Shown in pieces: positions 51,987-62,180 of a DNA stretch of 64,000 bases. The stretch's first letter is position 1, and each line of letters opens with the position of its first letter. A model generated the notes under the pieces. The model was not told where the DNA came from. It did not search any database and saw nothing but the letters and a program-made list of their open reading frames with translations. This DNA is from Gammaproteobacteria bacterium. Its GTDB lineage: Bacteria > Pseudomonadota > Gammaproteobacteria > G965277405. The translations under genes and the position numbers were made by a program. The stretch covers positions 1,280,001 to 1,344,000 of the forward strand of contig OZ255726.1 in assembly GCA_965277405.1 (NCBI GenBank). The letters are read 5' to 3'.

Positions 51987-52715
51987 ATGGCGGTAAAGGT
52001 AGCAATTGTCACAGGTGCAAGCAGGGGAATCGGTCAAGCTATTGCAAAAAAACTTAGTCAATCTGGATGGTTCGTGGTTGGTACTGCAACTTCTCAGCAT
52101 GGGGTTGATGCGATTGTTGCTGCGCTGTCAGATAACGGCATAGCGTTTGTCTTAGATGTTGGCAGTAGTGCGAGTGTTGATGCTTTTTTTGACCAACTCA
52201 AATACCATGACTTGCAAGCAACAGCGTTGATCAATAATGCAGGAATTACTGATGATGCGCTGTTGCTACGCATGAGCGAAGATCAGTTTTCTAATGTTAT
52301 CAATACCAACCTCACTTCGGTATACCGCATGACATCACGAGTGATTCGCAACATGGTTAAGGCACGAGCTGGAAAAATAGTCACAATTAGCTCGGTTGTG
52401 GCTGCTCTGGGTAATGCAGGTCAAGTCAATTACTGTGCCGCAAAAGGTGCGATTGAAAGCCTAACAAAAGCACTTGCTCGCGAAGTTGCTAGCCGTGGCA
52501 TAACCGTCAATGCAATTGCTCCTGGCTTCATAGCAACCGATATGACTAACACGCTCGGTGATGATGCTCGCGCGTCCTTGCGACAACAGATTCCGCTTGG
52601 AAAACTTGGTTCGCCACAGGATATTGCTGAGGCAGTCGCGTTTATAGTATCTGATGCTGCAGGCTATATAACCGGGCAGACGATTCATGTTAACGGCGGC
52701 ATGTATATGCAGTAA
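51987..52715 (+). CDS. fabG: 3-oxoacyl-ACP reductase
   Basis: VTGASRGIG, NNAGITDD, GNAGQVNYCAAK, AREVASRGITVN.IAPGFI.TDMT, HVNGGMYM. Confidence 0.95.
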   Translation: MAVKVAIVTGASRGIGQAIAKKLSQSGWFVVGTATSQHGVDAIVAALSDNGIAFVLDVGSSASVDAFFDQLKYHDLQATALINNAGITDDALLLRMSEDQFSNVINTNLTSVYRMTSRVIRNMVKARAGKIVTISSVVAALGNAGQVNYCAAKGAIESLTKALAREVASRGITVNAIAPGFIATDMTNTLGDDARASLRQQIPLGKLGSPQDIAEAVAFIVSDAAGYITGQTIHVNGGMYMQ

Positions 52716-52792
52716 CTCCTACGCAATAGATATGGTTTTTACTTACAGGGATATGCATAAGAATACAATGGATTTCGAGGTTTTATTTAGCT

Positions 52793-53149
52793 ATGAGTGA
52801 GCGTATTTTTGCTGATTTAGAACAAAAAGTTGAACGATTGTTTATCCGTTATAACCAGCTGCGCGATACCAACGAGCAATTGCAGCAAACGATTCAGCAA
52901 CTTGAACGCGAAAATGCTGAACTATTGCAACAACAAGTTAATATTGAGGATCGTGCAAATCGGCTGATAGATCGTGTCGACTTGAATACGAAATCTATTG
53001 ATTCATCAAGAAAACCACAATGGGATGACCAGAAACAAGAAGACAACTTTGCTGAGTATCAACAAGACAATGAGGGGAGATTTCCATCAAATAATGGGTT
53101 TCAGCGCGGCGAAACACCTCATAGTGAAACACCTCATAGACGTCCGTGA
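52793..53149 (+). CDS. Coiled-coil protein (TIGR02449 / ZapB-like) with a low-complexity C-terminal extension
   Basis: LEQKVERL...YNQLR..NEQL coiled coil, located directly upstream of the zapA-like gene. Confidence 0.65.
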   Translation: MSERIFADLEQKVERLFIRYNQLRDTNEQLQQTIQQLERENAELLQQQVNIEDRANRLIDRVDLNTKSIDSSRKPQWDDQKQEDNFAEYQQDNEGRFPSNNGFQRGETPHSETPHRRP

Positions 53150-53167
53150 GATAACGAGGCGGGTTGC

Positions 53168-53461
53168 TTGTTTAACAACATGAAAGTGCAAATAGAATTA
53201 CTCAAGCAAACGTATGCGATTGACTGTAATGAACAATCGGTTGATATGCTGTATAAATCAGCGGAAGAGCTCAACCGGTTTTTGGCAAATGTTGTAAAAA
53301 ATACACCACCGCAGATAAGCGATATCAACGTTGCGATGTTGGCAGCATTGAATATAGCCTCTATCAACATTGAAAAGCAAAGCAGAATTGAAATACTAGA
53401 GCGTCAACTAACTAAGTTTAGTCGTACGGTAGGCTTAATATTGAATGAGAACGACGATTAA
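53168..53461 (+). CDS. zapA: Cell division protein ZapA-like
   Basis: VQIELLKQTYAIDC...LYKSAEEL...VAMLAALNIA. Size and context fit. Confidence 0.75.
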   Translation: MFNNMKVQIELLKQTYAIDCNEQSVDMLYKSAEELNRFLANVVKNTPPQISDINVAMLAALNIASINIEKQSRIEILERQLTKFSRTVGLILNENDD

Positions 53462-53484
53462 TTTGAATCAAACACTAGATAATT

Positions 53485-54234
53485 ATGCATTCTATCACTC
53501 GCAAAAGCGTCTTTCTATTACCAAATTTGATAACTACAGCAGCATTGTTTTGTGGCTGCTTAGGTTTAATAAATGCCTTTAGCGGCACAATGCAAACTGC
53601 TGTGTTGTGGATTACCGCGGCAGCAATTCTCGATGGACTAGACGGTCGCGTTGCCCGCATTACCAAATCACAATCAAACTTTGGCGCCGAATATGACTCG
53701 CTTTCAGATGTTGTAGCCTTTGGTGTGGCGCCGGGAATGTGCGCGTTTAGTTGGGGTCTTAACTATCTGGATAGACTCGGCTGGGCGTTAGCATTTATAT
53801 ATATTGCGAGCACTGCGATGCGGTTGGCGCGCTTTACCTCTAACATTAAGGCGAATAACCCAAATTACTTTCAGGGACTTCCTTCTCCTGGTGCAGCGCT
53901 TGCGCTTATTTCTATGATTTGGATTTTTGCAGAATATGACATAGCACCAGATGCAACGACGAGTTTAATTATTCTTGGTGCAGTTACAGCAGGTCTCGGC
54001 GTGTTGATGATGAGCTTTATTCCATTTTATAGTTTTAAGGGCATTAAGTTAAACACGTCGATTTCTGTGATACAAAAGATTGGATTGGTCGTCGTGTTTG
54101 GGTTAATTATTTGGAAGCCGTTCGAATCGATAGCAGGGTTTTTTGTAGTGTATATCAGCCATGCAGTGGCAATGTTTGTATGGCGTTGGCGTTGGCAAGA
54201 CTCAATGTTTAATGCCGACAAGCGCAGCCGCTAA
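53485..54234 (+). CDS. pssA: CDP-diacylglycerol--serine O-phosphatidyltransferase (CDP-alcohol phosphotransferase type)
   Basis: LLPNLITT, DGLDGRVAR....S.FGAEYDSLSD.V.FGVAP, RLARF, FQGLPSP. Confidence 0.92.
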   Translation: MHSITRKSVFLLPNLITTAALFCGCLGLINAFSGTMQTAVLWITAAAILDGLDGRVARITKSQSNFGAEYDSLSDVVAFGVAPGMCAFSWGLNYLDRLGWALAFIYIASTAMRLARFTSNIKANNPNYFQGLPSPGAALALISMIWIFAEYDIAPDATTSLIILGAVTAGLGVLMMSFIPFYSFKGIKLNTSISVIQKIGLVVVFGLIIWKPFESIAGFFVVYISHAVAMFVWRWRWQDSMFNADKRSR

Positions 54235-54397
54235 CAAACCTCTGATTAAATCCATGATGGGGGTAACGGAGCAAAAACGCTGCGCGCACGTTGTTGCAGC
54301 ACCGATAATGCCCACCAGTATTATCTGCGCACTGCTCCTAGCTAGCATTGAAAATTACCGACAAACTCGCTCCATCAGCGCCTTAATTAGAAATTCC
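54235..54397 (-). mobile_element. Rearranged, shortened MITE (163 bp)
   Basis: Decayed IRs (CAAACCTCTGATTAA / TTAATTAGAAATTCC) and CTAA on both sides. The internal module is in the opposite orientation to the ends. Confidence 0.8.
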
Positions 54398-54426
54398 CTA
54401 ACACAGTTTATATCCAGAACACTGTT

Positions 54427-55635
54427 ATGAAAACACAACCACAACCAGACGCACAAGGCCATTTTGGTGATTTTGGAGGGAGATATGTTCCAGAAACTTT
54501 AATTCCGCTCATATTAGAACTTGAGCAAGCATATGCTCAGTTTCAACAGGACGCAGCATCACAACAACAATTTGCGCGATTACGCAAACACTATATCGGC
54601 AGACCCTCACCATTATACCATGCGCAGCGGCTCAGCGATGTATTGGGTGGTGCACAGATTTATTGCAAACGTGAGGAGCTAAACCATACCGGTTCTCATA
54701 AAATTAATAATTGTGTTGGACAGATTCTGTTAGCACGTTTTATGGGGAAAACGCGGATTATTGCCGAAACTGGCGCAGGTCAACACGGCGTTGCTGCGGC
54801 AACTGTGTGTGCGCTATTTGATTTACCATGCATTGTGTATATGGGTAAAAAAGATATTGTTCGTCAAAGTTCAAATGTGTTTCGCATGAAATTATTGGGT
54901 GCAGAAGTGCGTGCAGTTGATGCGGGAATGGCAACATTAAAGAATGCAATGAACGCAGCATTACGTGATTGGGCAAGCAACACTGACGACACCTACTACT
55001 GTATTGGCACAGCCGCAGGACCGCATCCGTACCCGCAAATAGTCAGGGATTTTCAGCGGATTATTGGTGATGAAGCGCGTGAGGAATTCATCGAAATTAC
55101 TGGAAAACTACCAGATACTGTTGTGGCCTGCATCGGTGGTGGCTCGAATGCAATAGGCATGTTCTATAGCTTTCTTGCGGATGACGTGCGCTTAATTGGT
55201 GTTGAAGCAGGTGGACTTGGTGTTGACACCGGGCATCATGCCGCATCGATTAACGCTGGCAAACCTGGTGTATTACACGGCAATAAAACATATTTATTGC
55301 AAAGCGACGATGGGCAAATCAACGATGCTTTTTCAATTTCTGCTGGCTTAGATTATCCAGGGATTGGTCCTGAGCATGCCCTGCTCCACCAGCAAGGTCG
55401 CGTTCACTATGTCTCGGTGACCGATTCAGAAGCGCTTGATGGATTTACCTTGATGTGTCAAACAGAAGGGATTATTCCAGCGTTAGAGCCTGCGCATGCG
55501 ATAGCATATATTAAAAAAATTGCGCACGCAGCAGGTAAAAATCACACTATACTCATGAACTTATGTGGCAGAGGCGATAAGGATATTAATACGGTAGCCG
55601 AGCGCTTGGGTGTTTCTTTGGAGGGTAATGAATGA
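54427..55635 (+). CDS. trpB: Tryptophan synthase beta chain
   Basis: [70 protein letters not shown]. Confidence 0.97.
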   Translation: MKTQPQPDAQGHFGDFGGRYVPETLIPLILELEQAYAQFQQDAASQQQFARLRKHYIGRPSPLYHAQRLSDVLGGAQIYCKREELNHTGSHKINNCVGQILLARFMGKTRIIAETGAGQHGVAAATVCALFDLPCIVYMGKKDIVRQSSNVFRMKLLGAEVRAVDAGMATLKNAMNAALRDWASNTDDTYYCIGTAAGPHPYPQIVRDFQRIIGDEAREEFIEITGKLPDTVVACIGGGSNAIGMFYSFLADDVRLIGVEAGGLGVDTGHHAASINAGKPGVLHGNKTYLLQSDDGQINDAFSISAGLDYPGIGPEHALLHQQGRVHYVSVTDSEALDGFTLMCQTEGIIPALEPAHAIAYIKKIAHAAGKNHTILMNLCGRGDKDINTVAERLGVSLEGNE

Positions 55636-56423
55636 GTAATATTGCAGATACTTTTACCCAGCTGGCAGCACAACAAGCAACAGGGTTTATCCCGTTTATC
55701 ATGGCAGGAGACCCCGACTTTGCAATCTTTGCAAAAAATCTTGCAGCAATCGCCAACAATGGCGCTGATATCATTGAAATCGGCATGCCGTTTTCTGATC
55801 CAGTTGCTGATGGCGTGACCATTCAAGCAGCTGGAACGCGTGCCTTAGCTGCTGGGTTTACCATGCCAAAGCTATTTGCCTCAATCCAACAGTTTCGTAC
55901 GGCATATGATATTCCAATTGTATTGATGGGATATTTCAATCCTATCTTACAAATGGGGGTGGATGCGTTTTTTCAAAGATGTGCTCGCACGGGAGTCGAC
56001 GGGGCTATCATTGTTGATTTGCCAATGGAAGAAGAAGCAGATTCACGTTGTGCTGCTAAGCAACACCACGTTGACTTGATCAGATTGATTCCCCCAACCT
56101 GCGATGAAAATCGCATCAAAAAACTTGTCCAAGGTATAAGTGGGTATATATATCTTGTCAGTGTGGCTGGCATAACCGGCGATAAAACAGCGCAGCTTGA
56201 CACGGTAGCCACTATTGCGAAAACTATTCGTGGCTGTTCTCCATTGCCAATAGCTGTCGGCTTTGGTATTCGCACGGCTGCACAGGCCAGCGCGTTTAGA
56301 CAAGTGGTGGATGGAGTTGTTGTTGGTTCAGCGATTGTCAGCAAGATTGCCGAAGATGCAAGCAATGCGCCAACGAGTATTGGTCGTTATTGCCAGACCA
56401 TGGCGCAGGCTTTACATGGATAG
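55632..56423 (+). CDS. trpA: Tryptophan synthase alpha chain
   Basis: [52 protein letters not shown]. Confidence 0.95.
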   Translation: MSNIADTFTQLAAQQATGFIPFIMAGDPDFAIFAKNLAAIANNGADIIEIGMPFSDPVADGVTIQAAGTRALAAGFTMPKLFASIQQFRTAYDIPIVLMGYFNPILQMGVDAFFQRCARTGVDGAIIVDLPMEEEADSRCAAKQHHVDLIRLIPPTCDENRIKKLVQGISGYIYLVSVAGITGDKTAQLDTVATIAKTIRGCSPLPIAVGFGIRTAAQASAFRQVVDGVVVGSAIVSKIAEDASNAPTSIGRYCQTMAQALHG

Positions 56424-56452
56424 CATGATGAAATACGCACAATACTGAGTCG

Positions 56453-57418
56453 ATGATAAGCCAGACACTTATTACAATTTCTACAGTCGAGCGTTCGTAT
56501 ACGTTGTCGCTGACTAAACTGATGCGTCGATTTGTTTTTAGCATCATTGCTGTAATCTTTTTACTTATTGCGGTTGGCTTTTCATTAAGTTATTGGTTGC
56601 AGAATTCATTGATTGCACAAGAAAAACACAAGGAAGCACTCGAGCAAGTTGTCGATAAACTCCGTTCAAATATTGTTGATAAAAATAGTTCATTGGAAGA
56701 ACTGGAGGAGCTGATTGGTCAGTATCAAGACGGTCTGCAAAAAATTGATGAGCTGGAACAACTCGTTGGCATAAACACACCAGTAGACACTGAGCAGGAT
56801 AATACTGCCCTGCCAGCAGATATTGACAAACGCATAATGCTGGCGAGACAGAAGCTGATAGAACGGCAGTTATACTTGTATAAAATACCGAATGGTCGCC
56901 CTTTCAGCTATGCCAAAATCAAAGTGACAAGCGGGTATGGTATGCGGATTCATCCAGTGACTGGTAAAAGACACATGCACTATGGCATTGATTATCGACT
57001 ACCAATTGGGACGGAAATTAAAGCGCCAGCAGACGGAGTTATAGAATTTGCAGGGTTGAATCGTGGCGGTTATGGAAAATTAGTTCGAGTCCAGCATAGT
57101 TTTGGTTTTCAAACAAAATATGGACACTTGAGTAAGATTCTGGTAAAACGTGGACAGTACGTGCGTAAAGGTTCGGTGATAGCAAAATCCGGCAACACAG
57201 GCATTAGCACAGGTCCGCATCTGCATTATGAAGTTGAGTTTTTGCGGCGCCGCGTTAATCCGAAAAATTTTGTGCTTTGGAATATGGATAATTATGAGAG
57301 TCTTTTTATTAACGAGGAAAAAATACCATGGGCAATGTTACTAACTCCGCCGATCATTTTTCAGAAACTGATGGAACAACAGTCATTACTGACGGATGCC
57401 ACCTTACTGGAGAAATAA
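56453..57418 (+). CDS. M23-family peptidoglycan endopeptidase with TM anchor and coiled coil (Csd1-like)
   Basis: TSGYGMRIHPV, HYGID (HxxxD), APADG, GYGK, YGHL, GNTGISTGPHLHYEV (HxH). Confidence 0.9.
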   Translation: MISQTLITISTVERSYTLSLTKLMRRFVFSIIAVIFLLIAVGFSLSYWLQNSLIAQEKHKEALEQVVDKLRSNIVDKNSSLEELEELIGQYQDGLQKIDELEQLVGINTPVDTEQDNTALPADIDKRIMLARQKLIERQLYLYKIPNGRPFSYAKIKVTSGYGMRIHPVTGKRHMHYGIDYRLPIGTEIKAPADGVIEFAGLNRGGYGKLVRVQHSFGFQTKYGHLSKILVKRGQYVRKGSVIAKSGNTGISTGPHLHYEVEFLRRRVNPKNFVLWNMDNYESLFINEEKIPWAMLLTPPIIFQKLMEQQSLLTDATLLEK

Positions 57419-57681
57419 GCGTATCTGGTAATATGTACATTAGCGGCACTATAGATGGTAATGTTTCATCTAAAGCAACTGTTGTCATCACCTCAATTGG
57501 GAAAATGATTGGTAATATTACTGCAAAATCTGCGATTGTAAAAGGAACTGTCGAAGGTGGTGTAGAAGTAAATCATTTGGAAATCATGGCAGGCGGCAAA
57601 GTTAATGGTACCATCAAAGCATCCACATGTGCCATTGAGCTAGGTGGGATTCATATTGGCGCTGCACTTATCAAATTGTGA
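57328..57681 (+). CDS. Bactofilin (polymer-forming cytoskeletal protein, CcmA-like)
   Basis: TTVITDGCHLTGEI...MYISGTIDG...IVKGTVEG...GKVNGTI...IELGG...G beta-helix pattern. Overlaps the M23 gene by 91 nt. Confidence 0.85.
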   Translation: MGNVTNSADHFSETDGTTVITDGCHLTGEISVSGNMYISGTIDGNVSSKATVVITSIGKMIGNITAKSAIVKGTVEGGVEVNHLEIMAGGKVNGTIKASTCAIELGGIHIGAALIKL

Positions 57682-57688
57682 ATAACAG

Positions 57689-58237
57689 ATGTTTAAAAAA
57701 GTAAAAACAACAGAATCTTCAATACCAGCAAATCTTAAAAATGGAAAAAAGTCTTTCATTTTTAAAAATATTATTATTGATGGGAATGTTAAATTTCGCG
57801 ATACGTTCATCATCAATGGAACTATTAACGGTGATGTAATAGCCTATGCAGGTCAAAACAATGTGCTTGAAGTTGGCGGTTCTGGAAAAATAAATGGCAA
57901 CATTGTCTGCGATCAGCTTATTGCTAATGGTTATATTAAAGGGTCAATTGAAGGCAAATTAGTCGTAGTCCAACCGCAAGCGCAAGTGAGCGGCCAGATT
58001 AGCTACGAACAGATTGAAGTGAAAATTGGCGCGCAAATCAATGGGCAACTGATGCCGATTGCATCACAGAAAGCCGATGCCAAGAAAAAAACCATAATTA
58101 CAGGGTTGGTGAATCAAGATGCTAAGAAAGACGCAAATACCGCGAATCCCAAAAAAAATAGCTTAGAAAATAAAGCAAATACAACAGCGGTAAAGCCGCC
58201 AATTATGTCTCCTATCAAGCCCACAATTGGCAAATAG
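57689..58237 (+). CDS. Second bactofilin with a basic low-complexity tail
   Basis: IIDGNVKF....IINGTINGDV...GKINGNI...ANGYIKG...AQVSGQISY..IEV..GAQINGQL. Confidence 0.85.
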   Translation: MFKKVKTTESSIPANLKNGKKSFIFKNIIIDGNVKFRDTFIINGTINGDVIAYAGQNNVLEVGGSGKINGNIVCDQLIANGYIKGSIEGKLVVVQPQAQVSGQISYEQIEVKIGAQINGQLMPIASQKADAKKKTIITGLVNQDAKKDANTANPKKNSLENKANTTAVKPPIMSPIKPTIGK

Positions 58238-58268
58238 CATGCAAGCCAAATGATTGCCGACTAGCTAA

Positions 58269-58553
58269 GGAGCCTCTGATTAAGTCGCTGATGGAGCGAG
58301 TTCGCCTGCAATTGCTGGTGATTGCAAGGCGCATTCCGCAGGCGCATGCCGTAGCATATACGCCAAGGGATACAACACAGCAATTGCAGCAATTGTAGGC
58401 AAACCGTTATATATTCAACAGAAGGACGGGAAAAAACGCTGCGCTAACGTCGTTGCAGCACCCACAAGACCACCAGTATTATCAAGTGCTGCGCTTAAGT
58501 TTCATCAGCGTTTTTTCTTCGTCTCGCCCATCATGGACTTAATCAGAGGTTTC
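58269..58553 (+). mobile_element. IS5-end MITE, full-length copy
   Basis: GGAGCCTCTGATTAAGTCGCTG...GGACTTAATCAGAGGTTTC, preceded by CTAA. Collinear with 2597-2883. Confidence 0.9.
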
Positions 58554-58730
58554 CAAAACACAACAACCACATTTTCATCCAGTAGTTTATTATTAGTTGA
58601 TTTGTTTGAGTTGCTGACGGCAAATATGTCTACTCTCCGCGTGCTGCCATAAGTGTGAATTGGGTGATGGGTAACGCTTGCATGTATTGAGAGGCGGTGG
58701 TAATAGCATTTGCAAAAAGATCAGCTAGCA

Positions 58731-61700
58731 TCACAGTAATAATAACGCGACAATATCTTCAACTGAACGAATGCGGTTCTCACCGTGTTGAAAGTCTCCC
58801 TTGATCTGTAAATTATTGCTATCAGTGAGTTTGAACGTCCGCGGGTTACGCTGCACCTGTTGAATAACCAGTGCAGGATCAACAGAAGTTGTATCAGTAA
58901 ATGTAATACGGACAGTAGATGTATTGGCTTTTATCAAACTGATACCAATATCTTGGCATTGAATTCTTAGTTTAGTGGTGCGTATCAGCCATTGAGACGT
59001 AAGCGGTAAGCTGCCGAAACGGTCGATAATTTCGACACGGATTGCCTGTAATTCATCAATAGTTTGGCAATTGGCAATCCTCTTATACAACACCAGGCGC
59101 ACGTTGACATCTGGAAGAAAGTCCTCAGGAAAAATTGCTCCTATGCCCAAATCAACGTTGCTGCGACTGTTGTGTTGTTGGTCGATGGTAATATCTTCAC
59201 CGCGCTGAATGGCTTGGGTTGCTTGTTCAAGCATGGACATATACATACTAAAACCAATCCGCTCAATCTGCCCGCTTTGCTCATCACCAAGCAGCTCACC
59301 TGCACCCCTAATTTCTAAATCATGGCTGGCAAGAATAAAACCAGCGCCAAGCGTATTGGCGGCGCTTAAGGCTTCTAGCCGTTTTTGTGCGTCTTTGGTA
59401 TACACGGATGAAGTGAATAAATAGCAATACGCTTGGTGGGTCGAGCGCCCAACGCGACCGCGTAATTGGTGCATTTGTGCAAGACCAAACCTATCTGCCC
59501 GTTCAATAATAATAGTGTTGGCATTGGCAATATCGATACCAGTTTCAATAATGGTTGTGCACAGTAATACATTGCATTGTCGCTGATAAAACCGCGACAT
59601 TGTTTGTTCTAGTTGACGTTCTGGCATTTGTCCATGTGCCACCAGAATTTGCGCTTCTGGTAGTAGCTTACAGAGTTGCTCAAGCCGCAGCTGAATTGAC
59701 TGCACCCGGTTATGGACAATGTAGACTTGACCACCACGAACAATTTCTCGTAATACTGCCTCGCGCAAAATATAGCTGTCTTCGGTATGAATAAATGTCT
59801 TCACCGGCAGTCTATTATGCGGTGGTGTGGCGATGATAGATAAGTCGCGCAGCCCAGAGATTGCCATATTTAAGGTACGCGGAATTGGGGTGGCAGTCAG
59901 CGTTAAAATATCAACTTCGCTGCGCAATGATTTTAATTGCTCTTTTTGATTGACCCCAAATCGGTGCTCTTCATCGATGATAACCAGCCCAAGCGCAACA
60001 AAATTTTCTCGCTTGTGCAGCAGTCCGTGCGTACCAATCACTATATCAATTTTTTTGTTTTTTAACTTTGCAAAAATCGTAGCGTGTTCAGCAGTGTTAA
60101 ATCTAGACGCCATCGCTATTTCAATGGGATAATCAGCAAAACGATCGCGGAATGAGTTGAAATGTTGCTGGGCGAGTAATGTTGTTGGCACCAACATCGC
60201 AATTTGATTGTTACTTTTTGCAGCTAAAAAAGCAGCCCGCATCGCAACTTCTGTTTTACCAAAACCGACATCACCGCATATCAAGCGGTCCATTTTTCGA
60301 TCCGAGGTCATATCATTGATGACAGCGTGAATGCTTTGCTGTTGATCAACCGTTACTGTAAACGGGAACGCGCTTGCAAATGCCAGATAGTCAGAGTCAG
60401 GTGCGGCAAATTGAATGCCTTTTGCCGCCTTGCGCCGCGCGTGAATAGACAACAACTGCGCGGCAACATCTTTAGCTTTCTCAAAGGCCTTGTCGCGCGC
60501 TTTTTTCCAGTTTTGCGCGCCGAGCTTATCCAGCCTTACTGCGTCGTTGTTCTTACCAGCGTAACGTGATATAAGGTGTAAATCTGTTACAGTAATATAC
60601 AGTTTTTGACCTTCAGCGTATTCAATTAACAGAAATTCATCAACAATGCCATCATGGTCAATCGTTGTTAGTCCTGCATATTTGCCGATGCCGTGTTGCA
60701 GATGGACAACCAGCGCACCTTCGCGCAGTTCGACAATGTCTTTGACTACATGCTCTATATTGGTTGCTGGTTGCTGGTGACGGGCGCTAGTAATATGTTG
60801 TCCGTATAAATTACGTTCGGTAATGACCGCCATTGTATCGGTTTGCCAACCATCAGTAAGACCACCATGAGTAATACCAATTGCAGCATGCGACTGCTGC
60901 CAAGCATCCCACGAAGCAATGCTTGCTGGTTGCACGCCATGCTCACGCAGCAGCTCATCGATAATTTCTGTACGGCCTCTACTTGTGCATACAAACAAAC
61001 ACCGCTGCGTAGGTGATTGCGCTAACAACTGTTGTATTGGTGCCAACGGCTGTTCTTTTTTTGCATTGATTTGAATGTTGGGTAATTCGGTTATATCGAG
61101 TTTGATTGTTTGCGCCGTCGCCCGCGAATAGTGGCGAATTTGCGGGTATTGCCTAGCGTCATTGATGAAATCATCAAAGCGCAGATATAACTCATCTGGT
61201 GGGATAAAGGCAGTATGCGCATCAATGTTGACTGCAGCATAACGCCGCTGCGCATCGCTATAAAAAGTATCGGCGCTTGACTGCGCATCGGCGTCGATAC
61301 ATAGCAGCGTTTGCTCTGGCATATAGTCAAGCAAAGACTCTAACGGCCCATACAACAGCGGCAAGAAGTATTCGATGCCTTGACACGTTGTTCCAGATTG
61401 CATTTGCTGATAGACATAACTGTCACGAGAGGCGCCAGCAAAACGCGTCTGCCATTGTTGTTTAAAATGCAGCATTGTCGCTGCGTTCAGCACGGCTTCT
61501 GAAGTCGGTAATATTTGCAACTCTGCAACGCGAGCCACAGTGCGCTGTGTTTGGACATCAAAGGTGCGGATTGACTCGATGGTATCATCAAAAAAATCAA
61601 GGCGGATACCGTGTTGATAGCTCATCGGGTAAATATCAACCAACGAGCCGCGCACACTGAATTCACCTGGCTCATACACATTATCAACGCGACGATAGCC

Positions 61701-62144
61701 ATTAATAATGAAGTGTTTTTGGATAAGTTGCGGGCTTGATTGCTGACCAACGGCATACAGTATCGTGTTGCCGAGCAATTGCCTGCGCGGTGCAAGACGG
61801 GTGATAGCAGTATCGATAGCGGTTACAATGACATGTTGGCCAGCCATGCTTTGCATGCCATGGAGAATGCGCAGCCGTTGCGACACTATGTGTTGTGGCG
61901 GTGAAAATGCATCGTATGGCAGGGTTTCCCAAGAAGGGAAAACATGGACAGTTAGCCCACCATAAAACAGCAATGCCTCAGCAATTTCTTCTGCTTCATT
62001 GGCATGGTTAGCTACCATCACAATCAAGCGGTCTGATTGTTGTGCTATTGCATGCAGCGCGTAGGCAAAACCACTAGCAGACTCAGTGTAGAATCTGCGG
62101 ATGTCATGGGCTTTATTTGGAATGTGTTGTTGGGTTATCGGCAC
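58731..62144 (-). CDS. mfd: Transcription-repair coupling factor
   Basis: WETLPYD.FSP, GEFSVRGS.VDI, VVH..HGIGKY.GL, DRLICGDVGFGKTEVAMRAAF, DEEHRFGV, TATPIPRTL, QLRGRVGR, DLEIRGAG. Confidence 0.97.
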   Translation of the reverse strand: MPITQQHIPNKAHDIRRFYTESASGFAYALHAIAQQSDRLIVMVANHANEAEEIAEALLFYGGLTVHVFPSWETLPYDAFSPPQHIVSQRLRILHGMQSMAGQHVIVTAIDTAITRLAPRRQLLGNTILYAVGQQSSPQLIQKHFIINGYRRVDNVYEPGEFSVRGSLVDIYPMSYQHGIRLDFFDDTIESIRTFDVQTQRTVARVAELQILPTSEAVLNAATMLHFKQQWQTRFAGASRDSYVYQQMQSGTTCQGIEYFLPLLYGPLESLLDYMPEQTLLCIDADAQSSADTFYSDAQRRYAAVNIDAHTAFIPPDELYLRFDDFINDARQYPQIRHYSRATAQTIKLDITELPNIQINAKKEQPLAPIQQLLAQSPTQRCLFVCTSRGRTEIIDELLREHGVQPASIASWDAWQQSHAAIGITHGGLTDGWQTDTMAVITERNLYGQHITSARHQQPATNIEHVVKDIVELREGALVVHLQHGIGKYAGLTTIDHDGIVDEFLLIEYAEGQKLYITVTDLHLISRYAGKNNDAVRLDKLGAQNWKKARDKAFEKAKDVAAQLLSIHARRKAAKGIQFAAPDSDYLAFASAFPFTVTVDQQQSIHAVINDMTSDRKMDRLICGDVGFGKTEVAMRAAFLAAKSNNQIAMLVPTTLLAQQHFNSFRDRFADYPIEIAMASRFNTAEHATIFAKLKNKKIDIVIGTHGLLHKRENFVALGLVIIDEEHRFGVNQKEQLKSLRSEVDILTLTATPIPRTLNMAISGLRDLSIIATPPHNRLPVKTFIHTEDSYILREAVLREIVRGGQVYIVHNRVQSIQLRLEQLCKLLPEAQILVAHGQMPERQLEQTMSRFYQRQCNVLLCTTIIETGIDIANANTIIIERADRFGLAQMHQLRGRVGRSTHQAYCYLFTSSVYTKDAQKRLEALSAANTLGAGFILASHDLEIRGAGELLGDEQSGQIERIGFSMYMSMLEQATQAIQRGEDITIDQQHNSRSNVDLGIGAIFPEDFLPDVNVRLVLYKRIANCQTIDELQAIRVEIIDRFGSLPLTSQWLIRTTKLRIQCQDIGISLIKANTSTVRITFTDTTSVDPALVIQQVQRNPRTFKLTDSNNLQIKGDFQHGENRIRSVEDIVALLLL

Positions 62145-62180
62145 GTATATAGTTTGTGTAAATATTTTAAACGCGGGATA

